DNA of 56,510 nucleotides from a virus (Duplodnaviria; Caudoviricetes): IMG/VR virus record IMGVR_UViG_3300042549_004468, positions 1 to 56,510 of that record; one strand, 5' to 3'. Shown piece by piece: positions 18,912 to 28,153 of this stretch (position 1 is its first letter; each line of letters starts with the position of its first letter). The notes under the pieces were generated by a model. It saw only the letters and a program-made list of their open reading frames with translations, ran no database searches and was not told where the DNA came from. The position numbers and the translations under genes were made by a program.

Positions 18912-20777
18912 TTATTCCTCTGGTAAGATGTTACTTTCATCCAACAAACTAGAAGATTCTTGTATGTTTTCTTTTTCAAAAGTCTCGTTTAAAGCTTTTT
19001 TCTTTGCAGTACGCAAACCTTTCATACTATTTAATAAACTTCCATAAGCATCTAAACTGTTCTTTGAACCTTCATATACTTTTCTATTAGTCTTATTGCC
19101 TAATGGATCCCATCCTAGCGGATGTTCATGAGTGCCATGTGTTCCAGGTTCAGTTGGTCTTCCAGCTCCTGGCCAGCCTTTCGGAGGCATTTCGTTAGAT
19201 TTTTCATCATATCCTCTTGGAACACCACCATCACCCTTGTATAGAGAAGCAATATCGTGAGCAGTACCAAATGATTGACCTGTTTTTATAGGGTCATTAC
19301 CTTCTGTTTTAATTTGTTCTAATCTAAATGCTGTCTTAGCATCTTCAATAATTTTATTTTGTTCTTCAAGATATTGCTCTTCTGATAAGTTGAATAAATT
19401 TTCGTAGATCCATGGTTTGCTAAATAAAGCTTTTTCTACCATATCACCTGCTAAGGTTACTTTACTTGTCCACAATTCAACTTTCTCTTTCTCATATACT
19501 GAGGATGGAGCAGTTAAACTTAAACTAAAATCAACTAGGTCTTCATCTGTGAAGCCTTGTGCATACAAGTGTACAATACCTATTTTATACAGCTCAGATG
19601 CAATAATTCTCTGTACACGTTCGATCGTTCTTGCAAAACGAAAATCTTGTGATGCTAGAGTAGCTTTACCTGAGGTATCTTCTTCGTAGCCCAAATAAGC
19701 TTTTGGTATTTTGAGCGATCCTAGTAATCTATTTTTTAGATAGTCAATATCCTGAATGCTGTCAAAGTTAATGCCTGCTAAAGTGTCAATTGAAGTGCCA
19801 CTCTCAGTACCACGTACTGGAAGATAGAAGTCTTCAAGTAGGTTTTGCATGTTGTACTTTAGGTTATAATCTCCAGTTGTAGGATCCATGTAAGGAACCT
19901 TTTTCATTTTGCTTACCATACCTTCCATGAAAGCATCTACTTCATTAGGTGGTATGTTACCAATATCAATTTTAAAAACACGTTTGTCTGGAGCTCTCAT
20001 GATACGATGGATTAGCATCGCATCTTCCATTAGTGTGATTTGTTTCCAAACCTTTCTAGTCGGTTCAATAAGAGCACGTCCATAAGGTAGGAAGTTTGTA
20101 TCTGTTAGTAAACGAAAGTGAGCAATCTCATAATTGTCATAAGTTTGAGCAGTTTCGTTTGTAGAAGCTACGTGTGACTTTGAAGACAGTGCTGTGTAAT
20201 CTCTTTTGAATCGAACCCTTTGTGGATTCTCAGGATCAAAGTTCTCTTCTCTGATCATTTCATAAGGAGATATTGGATCAATACCAGTTACACCATAACC
20301 TTCTGCTATGTGCATGTGTAAGAAGAAATCACCATATTTTACTGTGTTTCTGATCCATGGCCATAAGTTGAATTCAACATTCATTATATCATAGAAAAGA
20401 TTGTGCAATACTTTTTGCACTTTTGGATTGCTTGTTTTAATTGTAAGAACATCACCAAACTCATTCTTAGCTGTACACTCATCGGCATAGATATCTAATG
20501 CAGATGATATGATACTATCAGTATCCATTGCTTCATAATCACGAAACAATTCTAAACGAGTGTATAGTTGTAGTTGTCCTGCTGAATAAGAGTATCCTGG
20601 AATAGCTGAGAATAGTCTAGAAAACCTATCTACTCTACGATTAGTTGCGATATTACCATCCGATTGGACATGCTCTATATCAACAACCTTTATTTGATCT
20701 CCACCTACATTACGAATGATTACATCCGTACTGAATAGTTTACGTAATCTGCTAAATAAAGTTGTATTTTCTGCCAT
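18912..20777 (-). CDS. Portal protein, T4 gp20-like
   Basis: ALDIYADE, KYGDFF, LMEDAMLIHRIMRAPDKRVFKIDIGN, EDFYLPVRG, LKIPKAYL, FARTIERVQ. Confidence 0.93.
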   Translation of the reverse strand: MAENTTLFSRLRKLFSTDVIIRNVGGDQIKVVDIEHVQSDGNIATNRRVDRFSRLFSAIPGYSYSAGQLQLYTRLELFRDYEAMDTDSIISSALDIYADECTAKNEFGDVLTIKTSNPKVQKVLHNLFYDIMNVEFNLWPWIRNTVKYGDFFLHMHIAEGYGVTGIDPISPYEMIREENFDPENPQRVRFKRDYTALSSKSHVASTNETAQTYDNYEIAHFRLLTDTNFLPYGRALIEPTRKVWKQITLMEDAMLIHRIMRAPDKRVFKIDIGNIPPNEVDAFMEGMVSKMKKVPYMDPTTGDYNLKYNMQNLLEDFYLPVRGTESGTSIDTLAGINFDSIQDIDYLKNRLLGSLKIPKAYLGYEEDTSGKATLASQDFRFARTIERVQRIIASELYKIGIVHLYAQGFTDEDLVDFSLSLTAPSSVYEKEKVELWTSKVTLAGDMVEKALFSKPWIYENLFNLSEEQYLEEQNKIIEDAKTAFRLEQIKTEGNDPIKTGQSFGTAHDIASLYKGDGGVPRGYDEKSNEMPPKGWPGAGRPTEPGTHGTHEHPLGWDPLGNKTNRKVYEGSKNSLDAYGSLLNSMKGLRTAKKKALNETFEKENIQESSSLLDESNILPEE

Positions 20778-20791
20778 TGTGTCTTATTATA

Positions 20792-20799
20792 TATAAATA
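20792..20799 (-). promoter_or_regulatory. Putative late promoter TATTTATA
   Basis: 14 nt upstream of the portal ATG. Confidence 0.7.
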
Positions 20800-20808
20800 G
20801 TCCTGTTA

Positions 20809-22383
20809 TCAAAGAAGCCAATTAATATCTTCACTATTACCATCAGGCAAATGCATTTTATATGGATCACTTTGTGTAGTCGGTCGATTATAGATAGTTA
20901 CTGTAGACTTTATATTTGCTACTGCCATTCTATTTAATTCAATACCAGCTTGTCTTAATTTAAGTGCTGTATCTCTAACCCACAATCCTTCACAAAAACT
21001 CATAATCAAATCGTCATTATATCCTGATGCTGCTTCTGCTCTTGCATTTCTCCAAATAAAGACATAAAGCTCTTCTAATAACCTCTTACTTCTAATAATA
21101 CAGCTTTTTTCACGTATATACAACTCCATCTTACTAATTGCAAGTGGTCTGGTTTTTTGACTCATTGTAAATCCTGCAACCATGTCTGACTTGTTTGTTA
21201 AGTCATATCCCTTTGTTAAGAATCTATCTGAATCCAATACATCGTTCTTGTAAGTGTAGTATAGGTTTCTATAGCTCCTATCAATAACTTGTTGTATTGT
21301 AGCCCATCCCACATTAGCATTCTCTATAACAAGCAATGCATCGTTGTATTCGGTTCCTACAGCTACTAACATGTTACCATAATCCTTTGTTCCAATTTGT
21401 CCTCTATACTCAGCAACTTGTCTGCAAGATTCAACATCAATAACATGAAATGCAGAATTGTCACTACCATCTCCACGAGCAACGTCAGCTGCAACAATAT
21501 AGTTCTTTGTATAATCTGGCACTTCCCAAACCCATAGATTTCCATCAAAGCCTCTTTTTTCAATTGGCTCTTGTGCATAGGTTTGCATGTAATACGTAAT
21601 AAGTTCTGGTGATACTACTGTATTACCTGATGTGGAGAAGTCACAGTCACATTCTTGTGCTGCAAGTCTTATACCTAATTCCTCATCTTGTCTGTCTCTC
21701 CAAGTTTGATCTCTATCAGGATGTACTTGCCAAGGTAGTCGTTTTGTTTTAAACTTGTTCTCTCCTGCTTCTGCTTTAACCCAAGTCTTATGAAAAAAGT
21801 TACCAGTTCCATTTGGAGTTGATAATATGATACCTTGACCACCAGTATTTAGTGTTTGTTGTAGTGATGCCCAAAGTTCTTCTGCTCCTTCAACGAAAGC
21901 AGCTTCGTCAATAACTACCATTGATAACGCTTCTGAACGTCCTGATGTTCCTGTACTTGCTACTGCCTTGATCTGAGATCCGTTTGATAATCTCATCGAT
22001 AGCTTGTTACTCTCTGTTGTTTTTAGTTTAAGCCAACTTGGTAAATTATCAAACATCACCCTAACCTTTGTTACAAGATTTTTAGATGTGTTTTGATCTA
22101 TCGCTACTACTAATACGTTTTTATCACTGTGGAATAAAATCATCCACAAAGCATATCCTCCAACTAAGGTTGATATACCTAACTGACGAGACTTTAGGAT
22201 AACCATCCTATCATTCTCTTGAAAATCTTCTAAAGTATCTTCTTGGTATGGGTATAGATGAAATGGAACTTTTCCTTTAGTAGGATGTTGAATCATACAA
22301 TACTTCTTCATGAAGTAGGATGCTGATTTAGCACATTTAACGTACTCTTCCTTGATTATGTCTTTAAGACTCTTCTCAGCCAT
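20809..22383 (-). CDS. Terminase large subunit, T4 gp17-like
   Basis: LYPYQ, KSRQLGIST, VIDEAAF, LSTPNG, ADVARGDGSD, NDDLIMS. Confidence 0.95.
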   Translation of the reverse strand: MAEKSLKDIIKEEYVKCAKSASYFMKKYCMIQHPTKGKVPFHLYPYQEDTLEDFQENDRMVILKSRQLGISTLVGGYALWMILFHSDKNVLVVAIDQNTSKNLVTKVRVMFDNLPSWLKLKTTESNKLSMRLSNGSQIKAVASTGTSGRSEALSMVVIDEAAFVEGAEELWASLQQTLNTGGQGIILSTPNGTGNFFHKTWVKAEAGENKFKTKRLPWQVHPDRDQTWRDRQDEELGIRLAAQECDCDFSTSGNTVVSPELITYYMQTYAQEPIEKRGFDGNLWVWEVPDYTKNYIVAADVARGDGSDNSAFHVIDVESCRQVAEYRGQIGTKDYGNMLVAVGTEYNDALLVIENANVGWATIQQVIDRSYRNLYYTYKNDVLDSDRFLTKGYDLTNKSDMVAGFTMSQKTRPLAISKMELYIREKSCIIRSKRLLEELYVFIWRNARAEAASGYNDDLIMSFCEGLWVRDTALKLRQAGIELNRMAVANIKSTVTIYNRPTTQSDPYKMHLPDGNSEDINWLL

Positions 22384-22398
22384 ATGTAACCTGTTTTA

Positions 22399-22818
22399 TT
22401 AGCGAACTAGCAAACTCGTTGCTACTCCTGCTATTGCTATTCCGGTAACTATTTTAATTACCCTTTTTTGTTTTTTCTTGAGCTTTTTATTATCTTGCTC
22501 TAGTCCTGTAACGATACTTTTGTATTGTGTTTCTTTGTCTTTGTATAAATCAATTTGTGCTGTGTAGTTTGCTACTTTAGCTACATACGCATTGATCAGT
22601 CTCTGATTAGTAGAGTTTTTTTCTTCTAGTTGTTCAACTAAGATTTTTGTCTCAGTTAACTCGGTTCGTGCTGAATCACCTCTTAATAAATCCTTTGCTA
22701 TCTTTTTTACAACACTGTCTGGAAAGCAGTGCATTTGCGTTTTACTTGTACCTGTCTGTGAAAAAGTTGCCAAGCTCATCATGAGTAGCATTGTCAATAG
22801 CTTTAATCTTGTTGCCAT
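22399..22818 (-). CDS. Secreted coiled-coil membrane protein, spanin-like second subunit candidate
   Basis: Signal-like N-terminus, coiled coil, C-terminal hydrophobic helix; overlaps the upstream ORF by 77 nt. Confidence 0.45.
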   Translation of the reverse strand: MATRLKLLTMLLMMSLATFSQTGTSKTQMHCFPDSVVKKIAKDLLRGDSARTELTETKILVEQLEEKNSTNQRLINAYVAKVANYTAQIDLYKDKETQYKSIVTGLEQDNKKLKKKQKRVIKIVTGIAIAGVATSLLVR

Positions 22819-23095
22819 ATTGGTTTTGAATTTGTGTTATTCTGTTTTTTGTTGAGTCAATTTGTTGATCAGCAATAACTAGATCGTGTTTATAGCACTC
22901 AATTAAACTATCTTGAATTAGTTGTTCTTTTTCTAGTGCACTGATTAAGGTTGTTAAGCTGTCAATCTGACTCTTTTCTTTAGCATACGGATCTACATCA
23001 GATCCTCTCGTTGACATAAACAAGTAACCAGTCAACACAAGTATGGTGATGAATATGGTAAGCAACAATCCTGTTGTTAATTTGCTTATTGTCAT
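22742..23095 (-). CDS. i-spanin (Rz-like) candidate
   Basis: N-terminal transmembrane helix followed by a coiled coil. Confidence 0.5.
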   Translation of the reverse strand: MTISKLTTGLLLTIFITILVLTGYLFMSTRGSDVDPYAKEKSQIDSLTTLISALEKEQLIQDSLIECYKHDLVIADQQIDSTKNRITQIQNQYGNKIKAIDNATHDELGNFFTDRYK

Positions 23096-23107
23096 AACTA
23101 CGTTTTA

Positions 23108-23344
23108 TTAGTTCTCCTCTTTAGCCTTGTAGTTGTTATCTACATAGTCAAAGAATTCTTTTTTCTTTGCTGGATCTTTAAAATCTGCTGGTGAGCTGAT
23201 TTTAAATTTATCCATAGCTTTTTTAAAAAACTCTTGATAAGCTGTGTCTTCTTTAAGACGCTTTACAATCATTTTAGTTTTGTTTTCGTTTAAAGCTTTT
23301 TTAACTTCTTCACGAATTGCTTTTCTTAGATTAGCTGTTTTCAT
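23108..23344 (-). CDS. Small putative internal head protein
   Basis: IREEVKKALNE leader; AYQEFFKKAM..KKKEFFDYVD module. Confidence 0.6.
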   Translation of the reverse strand: MKTANLRKAIREEVKKALNENKTKMIVKRLKEDTAYQEFFKKAMDKFKISSPADFKDPAKKKEFFDYVDNNYKAKEEN

Positions 23345-23679
23345 TAGTGCACAATGTTTGTTCTGATTGTTTTCAGAATGTTTAATTTTTGCTCACTTGA
23401 GGCTGCAAACTGTTCGATTACAGTAGATAGCATTTCTACTAACTCTTCTGTACCTACCTCAGCACCACTATCTTTTAGCTTCCTGATGTAGTACCTAGTT
23501 ATCCCTTCTAGTTTTGGATTCAATCCTTGCTCTTCTTCAGGCTCTTCTTCAGGTTCAGGTTGCTCTTCTTGTTCCGGAGCTTCTTGCTCTTCTTCAGCTT
23601 CTAATAACTTAACAATTTCTTTTCTAAGCATTAAGCGTAGAGCGTTTTCGTTTATTTCAGATTTTCTAGTAGTTTTCAT
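23344..23679 (-). CDS. Small acidic putative internal head protein
   Basis: INE...LRKEIVKLLE leader followed by an E/P linker. Confidence 0.55.
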   Translation of the reverse strand: MKTTRKSEINENALRLMLRKEIVKLLEAEEEQEAPEQEEQPEPEEEPEEEQGLNPKLEGITRYYIRKLKDSGAEVGTEELVEMLSTVIEQFAASSEQKLNILKTIRTNIVH

Positions 23680-23681
23680 TT

Positions 23682-24089
23682 TTATTTCTCAGTTAATTTC
23701 ATAAAATTAGTTGTCTTGGCATCAAAGTTTTTCTTGTCTTTGTTGTCAAACATAATACGTTCAATTTGACCATCCTTTTGCTTCATTAAACAAACAGTTG
23801 CATCAAATTTTTCAAGACCAGTCAGTGTATACACAACACCAAATACTGCATATTTCTCAGTCACTTTTGCATATAGCTTAGCGTCTGCTATAATTAAGTC
23901 TAGCATGCCAAAATCAGTAAGGTCAGCTACAAAGATGCTTTCTTCGCTTTTTACACCTAAGAATTTAAACATTGGTTTGTATCCATGAGCTGCTTGAAAT
24001 TCACGGAAATAGGGGATTGCCATTAATTCTGGAGTTGATTGCTCTTCTTGAGCATATTCTCTTAGTGGCATTAGGTTTATTAGTTTCAT
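23682..24089 (-). CDS. Putative internal head protein
   Basis: MKLINLMPLRE leader. Confidence 0.55.
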   Translation of the reverse strand: MKLINLMPLREYAQEEQSTPELMAIPYFREFQAAHGYKPMFKFLGVKSEESIFVADLTDFGMLDLIIADAKLYAKVTEKYAVFGVVYTLTGLEKFDATVCLMKQKDGQIERIMFDNKDKKNFDAKTTNFMKLTEK

Positions 24090-24090
24090 T

Positions 24091-24282
24091 TTATTCGTGT
24101 TTTTTTAACTCTGTATATAATCCATCATATAACTTTTTTACTCGCATGAAATCAGCGTCCTCTAAAGTGTCTGATAACCTGTCCATATATTTTTTTATTT
24201 CAGGAGATGCTAGTAGTGATAGAAGATTAGACGTTGGGTCTTGATCAACTTCTTTCAATGGTATTAGGTTTACTAGTTTCAT
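24091..24282 (-). CDS. Putative internal head protein
   Basis: Start reassigned to MKLVNLIPLKE (24282), near-identical to the leader of the next gene. Confidence 0.6.
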   Translation of the reverse strand: MKLVNLIPLKEVDQDPTSNLLSLLASPEIKKYMDRLSDTLEDADFMRVKKLYDGLYTELKKHE

Positions 24283-24301
24283 AGTCTGTTTTATATAATT
24301 A

Positions 24302-24826
24302 TTACGCTTTAGGCTCAAACCAATCACTACACCATTTACTTGGATCGTTAATTGGATAACCATCATTATCTGTTAATGTCATAGAACCTTTTAAATTTAC
24401 ATAATTTGAATTTGAACATTTATGTATATCAAAATCTTTTATGTAGTATTTGCAAACTTGACAGCTAAAGCCATCCTGACTATACATATATGGAATATGC
24501 TTTTCTAAGCTCTCTTTTATTAAGTCTGCTAATTTTATTACACCTTCTTTTGCATTTATTTTTTTAGCAGCTGCTACTGCTTTGTTATATGCTTCTGAGC
24601 CTTTAGGAGCTGGTTTTTCACCACGAGCTTGTTTAGCCCGTATGTTTGCCCATAATCCTTTTGATTCCTCATCAATTGGCTCCAAACCTTCTTTTGCATT
24701 AATATGCAAAGCAGCTAAATACTTTCTCAAGGCTTCTTTATTGCCAGCAGTATGACCTACTAACTTTCCAGTGTCTTTCTTATACACTGCATACTTGTCT
24801 CCTTGTTTTTTAACTTTGTATGGCAT
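24302..24826 (-). CDS. Modular putative internal protein with a C-terminal 4-Cys (HiPIP-like spacing) domain
   Basis: Modules separated by INAKE/IDEE/LIKE; CQVC-x11-C...KWCSDW. Confidence 0.55.
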   Translation of the reverse strand: MPYKVKKQGDKYAVYKKDTGKLVGHTAGNKEALRKYLAALHINAKEGLEPIDEESKGLWANIRAKQARGEKPAPKGSEAYNKAVAAAKKINAKEGVIKLADLIKESLEKHIPYMYSQDGFSCQVCKYYIKDFDIHKCSNSNYVNLKGSMTLTDNDGYPINDPSKWCSDWFEPKA

Positions 24827-24827
24827 G

Positions 24828-25433
24828 TTATGATTCTAAATGACTTGATAATACTCCAGCAATTCCAGTAGCGTAATTAGATAAATGATGTGTATCTTCT
24901 GATGTTAGTTTTGTTTTTTTCTTTGTGAAATCCAAACCTAATGAACCGATAAATTTACCTTCAAAGCTTTTAATTGCAAATATGTAACTTGATTTGCATC
25001 CAGTGTCTTCTGCTATATACTTTAATCCGTGAGTAGATATTGTTTCATCCTTATAGTCCGGTATTTCAATTATATCATGCTCTAATAGGTAGTTTATTGA
25101 TTTGCTAAATAAGTTTACAGGAATGTTTTGAAAGTTGTTTTGTACAGATCCTACTCCAATATTCACTGTCTCGTATATAAGACTGAACTTAGCTATTGAC
25201 TTTCCAGTTGGATAAAAGTGACCACCATTGTGAAATTGCGTTATCCAAACTCGATCAGCTTCATATTCGTTTTTAATAGAATCTAACTTGTCCATTACTT
25301 TTTCACTAGTCTGTAGTGCTTCAGTAAGCATGTCTGGTTTTTTCTTACTTTTCTCTATACGATGCTTGAAAAAGAGTACCGCTATTGGTCCTGCTAATCC
25401 TGTTATAAATGATGCTATTACTTCTGGTTGCAT
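24828..25433 (-). CDS. Single-TM protein with a GAF-like domain (T4 holin T-like architecture)
   Basis: N-terminal hydrophobic helix; ADRVWITQFHNG...SSYIFAI...GKFIGSLGLDF GAF-like pattern. Confidence 0.55.
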   Translation of the reverse strand: MQPEVIASFITGLAGPIAVLFFKHRIEKSKKKPDMLTEALQTSEKVMDKLDSIKNEYEADRVWITQFHNGGHFYPTGKSIAKFSLIYETVNIGVGSVQNNFQNIPVNLFSKSINYLLEHDIIEIPDYKDETISTHGLKYIAEDTGCKSSYIFAIKSFEGKFIGSLGLDFTKKKTKLTSEDTHHLSNYATGIAGVLSSHLES

Positions 25434-25435
25434 AA

Positions 25436-25942
25436 TTACTTACTTTCTCTGTAGTCTTCTACTTTTTTGGTTATGTCTTCGATAACTGAGTCTGTAATCT
25501 TTTTTATTTCCGTTTGATCTGCATCTCTCCACTTTTCGACTTGACCATTTTCAGTAACGTGTGCTTTTGCAACCCCTTCTTGATTATAATCTTCCATATA
25601 GCTGATTAGATCTTTTACAAAGCTATCAGCATTAGCCATTATTTTTGCTTTTTCATACTCTGCCCACTTACCTGCTTTTTGTATTTCGTGGTCTGCATCA
25701 ATTACACAGTTAAAGCAAGTTTTGTGGATTGCCCACATCTTTTCATCTAAGTAGTGTTTCATAGATCCATTGCATTTTGGACATGCTAATGGAGTTGAAA
25801 ACTGCTTACGTGCCTCATCCATTTTAGACACTGTTCTTTTGATACCATTCTTAATAGTCCATAACTTTCCACGCTCAGTCCAAACATCACCTTCGATGTG
25901 CTTAACGTGTTTTTCTCCTATCGTAACATGTAAATTTTCCAT
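25436..25942 (-). CDS. Zinc-finger hypothetical protein
   Basis: CPKC...CFNC followed by a helical region. Confidence 0.6.
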   Translation of the reverse strand: MENLHVTIGEKHVKHIEGDVWTERGKLWTIKNGIKRTVSKMDEARKQFSTPLACPKCNGSMKHYLDEKMWAIHKTCFNCVIDADHEIQKAGKWAEYEKAKIMANADSFVKDLISYMEDYNQEGVAKAHVTENGQVEKWRDADQTEIKKITDSVIEDITKKVEDYRESK

Positions 25943-25947
25943 TAATA

Positions 25948-26262
25948 CTATCGTGTTTGTAGTTTGTACTTATCAGCGATAAATTGAACGTGCTTATCAA
26001 ACTTACGTAAAGCTCTGCGCAGTTCTAATCTAACACCTTCAGCTAATTTTGCACTTTCTTCACTATCACCTACACCACGAAAGAATTCTTTTCCTCCTGT
26101 TGATGAGATGCTAATTGTAAAGCTAAATTCTGGATTCCCAGCTTCACCAACTTGTTTGAAGTTTGAATCATAATGCAAAGTCATGTTGGTATTAGGAGAG
26201 GTAGCAATTGCTTGCTTTTTCTCTTCTAATCTTTGCGTTTCTAGTAATTTTTTTAATTTCAT
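25948..26262 (-). CDS. Putative internal head protein
   Basis: MKLKKLLE...LEE leader. Confidence 0.55.
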   Translation of the reverse strand: MKLKKLLETQRLEEKKQAIATSPNTNMTLHYDSNFKQVGEAGNPEFSFTISISSTGGKEFFRGVGDSEESAKLAEGVRLELRRALRKFDKHVQFIADKYKLQTR

Positions 26263-26266
26263 TTTA

Positions 26267-28153
26267 TTAGAATTTTAGATATCCGAGTATCTGGTTTATT
26301 GGAGCAAATGCTCCGGTAAGTTTGTATAGTTTTTCATTGTACTTAAATACAATTCCTTCTGTAGGCATGATAGCGCTGAATCCACCTATGTCTTTTAAGC
26401 GAGCTAATTCTCTTGTTAAGAATTTTAGTGCTGCTGCTCCATCGTCCGTATTGTCTGTCTTCGAGAAGGCTTTAATTTGCTCAATTGAACTTCTCAAATC
26501 ATTTTTCATTTTCCTAATGCTATTGTTAGGATTTAATGATACTAAATTTTCAATATTTCCAAGAGTGTAAACTCCTAGCTTTAAAAATAAGTTTTCAATT
26601 GGCTTACCTGCAATCTTTTTTTGATCGTTGTAATCTTTCTTATCAAAGTTGATTACCCAATTTTTAAACTCTTCATTTTGAATGCCATCACGGATTACTT
26701 TGATATTGGTTTCTTTGTTTCCAAAAGACCATCTATTAATTAACTGCATCATTGTGTTTTCAGGCACAGTGTACTGAAATCCTTTTGCTATTTGGCTAAT
26801 ATAGTTTCTCCACCAAGCTTGAAAGTAAAGACCCAACTTATCTGTAGGTTTTAGCTTGTATGTAGCCATTATAGTTGCAATCATCTTACTCAGCTCTTCT
26901 TTTTGAGCTTTGTATTCTGCAGACTTTCTGATTGTGATAGGATCTGTTGTTCTAATCTCGTAAGTCTTTTGAGTTTCTGCTTGTACTTGACGTATAGCTC
27001 CTTGTAACTGTCTTACTGCTTCGATATCTTCACCAACTACATTACCTGCTTTATCATACTCTTTAATGTGGTGAAGTCTCAATTGAGAAGCACCATAAGG
27101 AACTACATTAGCTGTTGGAGGATAAAGTACTTCTAAATTTACAAATTTAGCTCCATTTGCAAAAAACTTTTGCTTTTGAGCTGTGGATAGTTTGTTGATA
27201 GCCATTTCCAAATCCTTCATTGCTTCTGCAAATGCTTCTTGGATAGGACCTCTACCTGCAAATGTGTCTTCAACTTGTTTTACTGTCAGAGAGTTGGCTC
27301 CAAAATCTTTTACTTGTCCTTTGTTTCTTGCTGCTCTTACTTGACCATCCTTATAAGTTACCATTAGATTTTGTCCATCTAATTTCTCTTGTGCTGATTC
27401 TAATGTACCACCTAATGCAGCATTAATCATGTTTTGGATATCTTTAAACGTAAGATCGTAATCTTCGTATGGATGTGCAAGATGTCCTGCTGCTCCTCCT
27501 TCTAATAGCATCATAGATTCTGATATTGCTCCTGTCTTCTTTGTTAGAGTGTTGTAGATTGTACGAAGAATGTTTTCAGGTATTGTTGATGGATAGTTTG
27601 TTTTAAAGTTTTTGTAATCCTTCTTTGCTAAGTCTTGTCTTAATATTGAAGCACTAACACCTTTACCATTTGATCCATCTGTTCTTCCAGTATATAGTAA
27701 TGGTCTTGTGTTTAGAGGTAGTTCAATTACATTTACACCGGCTTTGTGATATTTAGATCCTTCTGCATGACCTTCTACGAACTTTTTAACACGTTCGTAA
27801 TCTTTACCTTTGCTACTTGCTGCTAATGCATAAGTTCCTGGTTTAGCTGTTTCAATATATTTGTAGGCTGCTAGTAGTGGATTATCTTCTGCTACTTTTT
27901 GTACTGTTATTCCTCTAGTACCTATTAGCAACTCATTCCATACTGCAATACTCTGTTCTCTCGTAATACCTTCACGTTCTTTTGGACCAATTAAGATCTT
28001 TACTTCAGAAACATTTGGTAGTTTTGAATATTTTACTGCCAATTCCAAATGACCTCCATGAGGTGGCTTGAATCCGCCAGGTAACAATACAATAATGCCT
28101 GTTTCAGCTTCTTGCAATATACCTTCTACTAAATACTTAGTTAAATCATTCAT
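26267..28153 (-). CDS. Fusion: HxGH nucleotidyltransferase (cytidylyltransferase/NMNAT-like) + covalent-nucleotidyltransferase (ligase-like) domain
   Basis: PGGFKPPHGGH and VSASILR in the N-terminal half; EKLDGQN, EGIVF and YKLTG in the C-terminal half. Confidence 0.75.
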   Translation of the reverse strand: MNDLTKYLVEGILQEAETGIIVLLPGGFKPPHGGHLELAVKYSKLPNVSEVKILIGPKEREGITREQSIAVWNELLIGTRGITVQKVAEDNPLLAAYKYIETAKPGTYALAASSKGKDYERVKKFVEGHAEGSKYHKAGVNVIELPLNTRPLLYTGRTDGSNGKGVSASILRQDLAKKDYKNFKTNYPSTIPENILRTIYNTLTKKTGAISESMMLLEGGAAGHLAHPYEDYDLTFKDIQNMINAALGGTLESAQEKLDGQNLMVTYKDGQVRAARNKGQVKDFGANSLTVKQVEDTFAGRGPIQEAFAEAMKDLEMAINKLSTAQKQKFFANGAKFVNLEVLYPPTANVVPYGASQLRLHHIKEYDKAGNVVGEDIEAVRQLQGAIRQVQAETQKTYEIRTTDPITIRKSAEYKAQKEELSKMIATIMATYKLKPTDKLGLYFQAWWRNYISQIAKGFQYTVPENTMMQLINRWSFGNKETNIKVIRDGIQNEEFKNWVINFDKKDYNDQKKIAGKPIENLFLKLGVYTLGNIENLVSLNPNNSIRKMKNDLRSSIEQIKAFSKTDNTDDGAAALKFLTRELARLKDIGGFSAIMPTEGIVFKYNEKLYKLTGAFAPINQILGYLKF

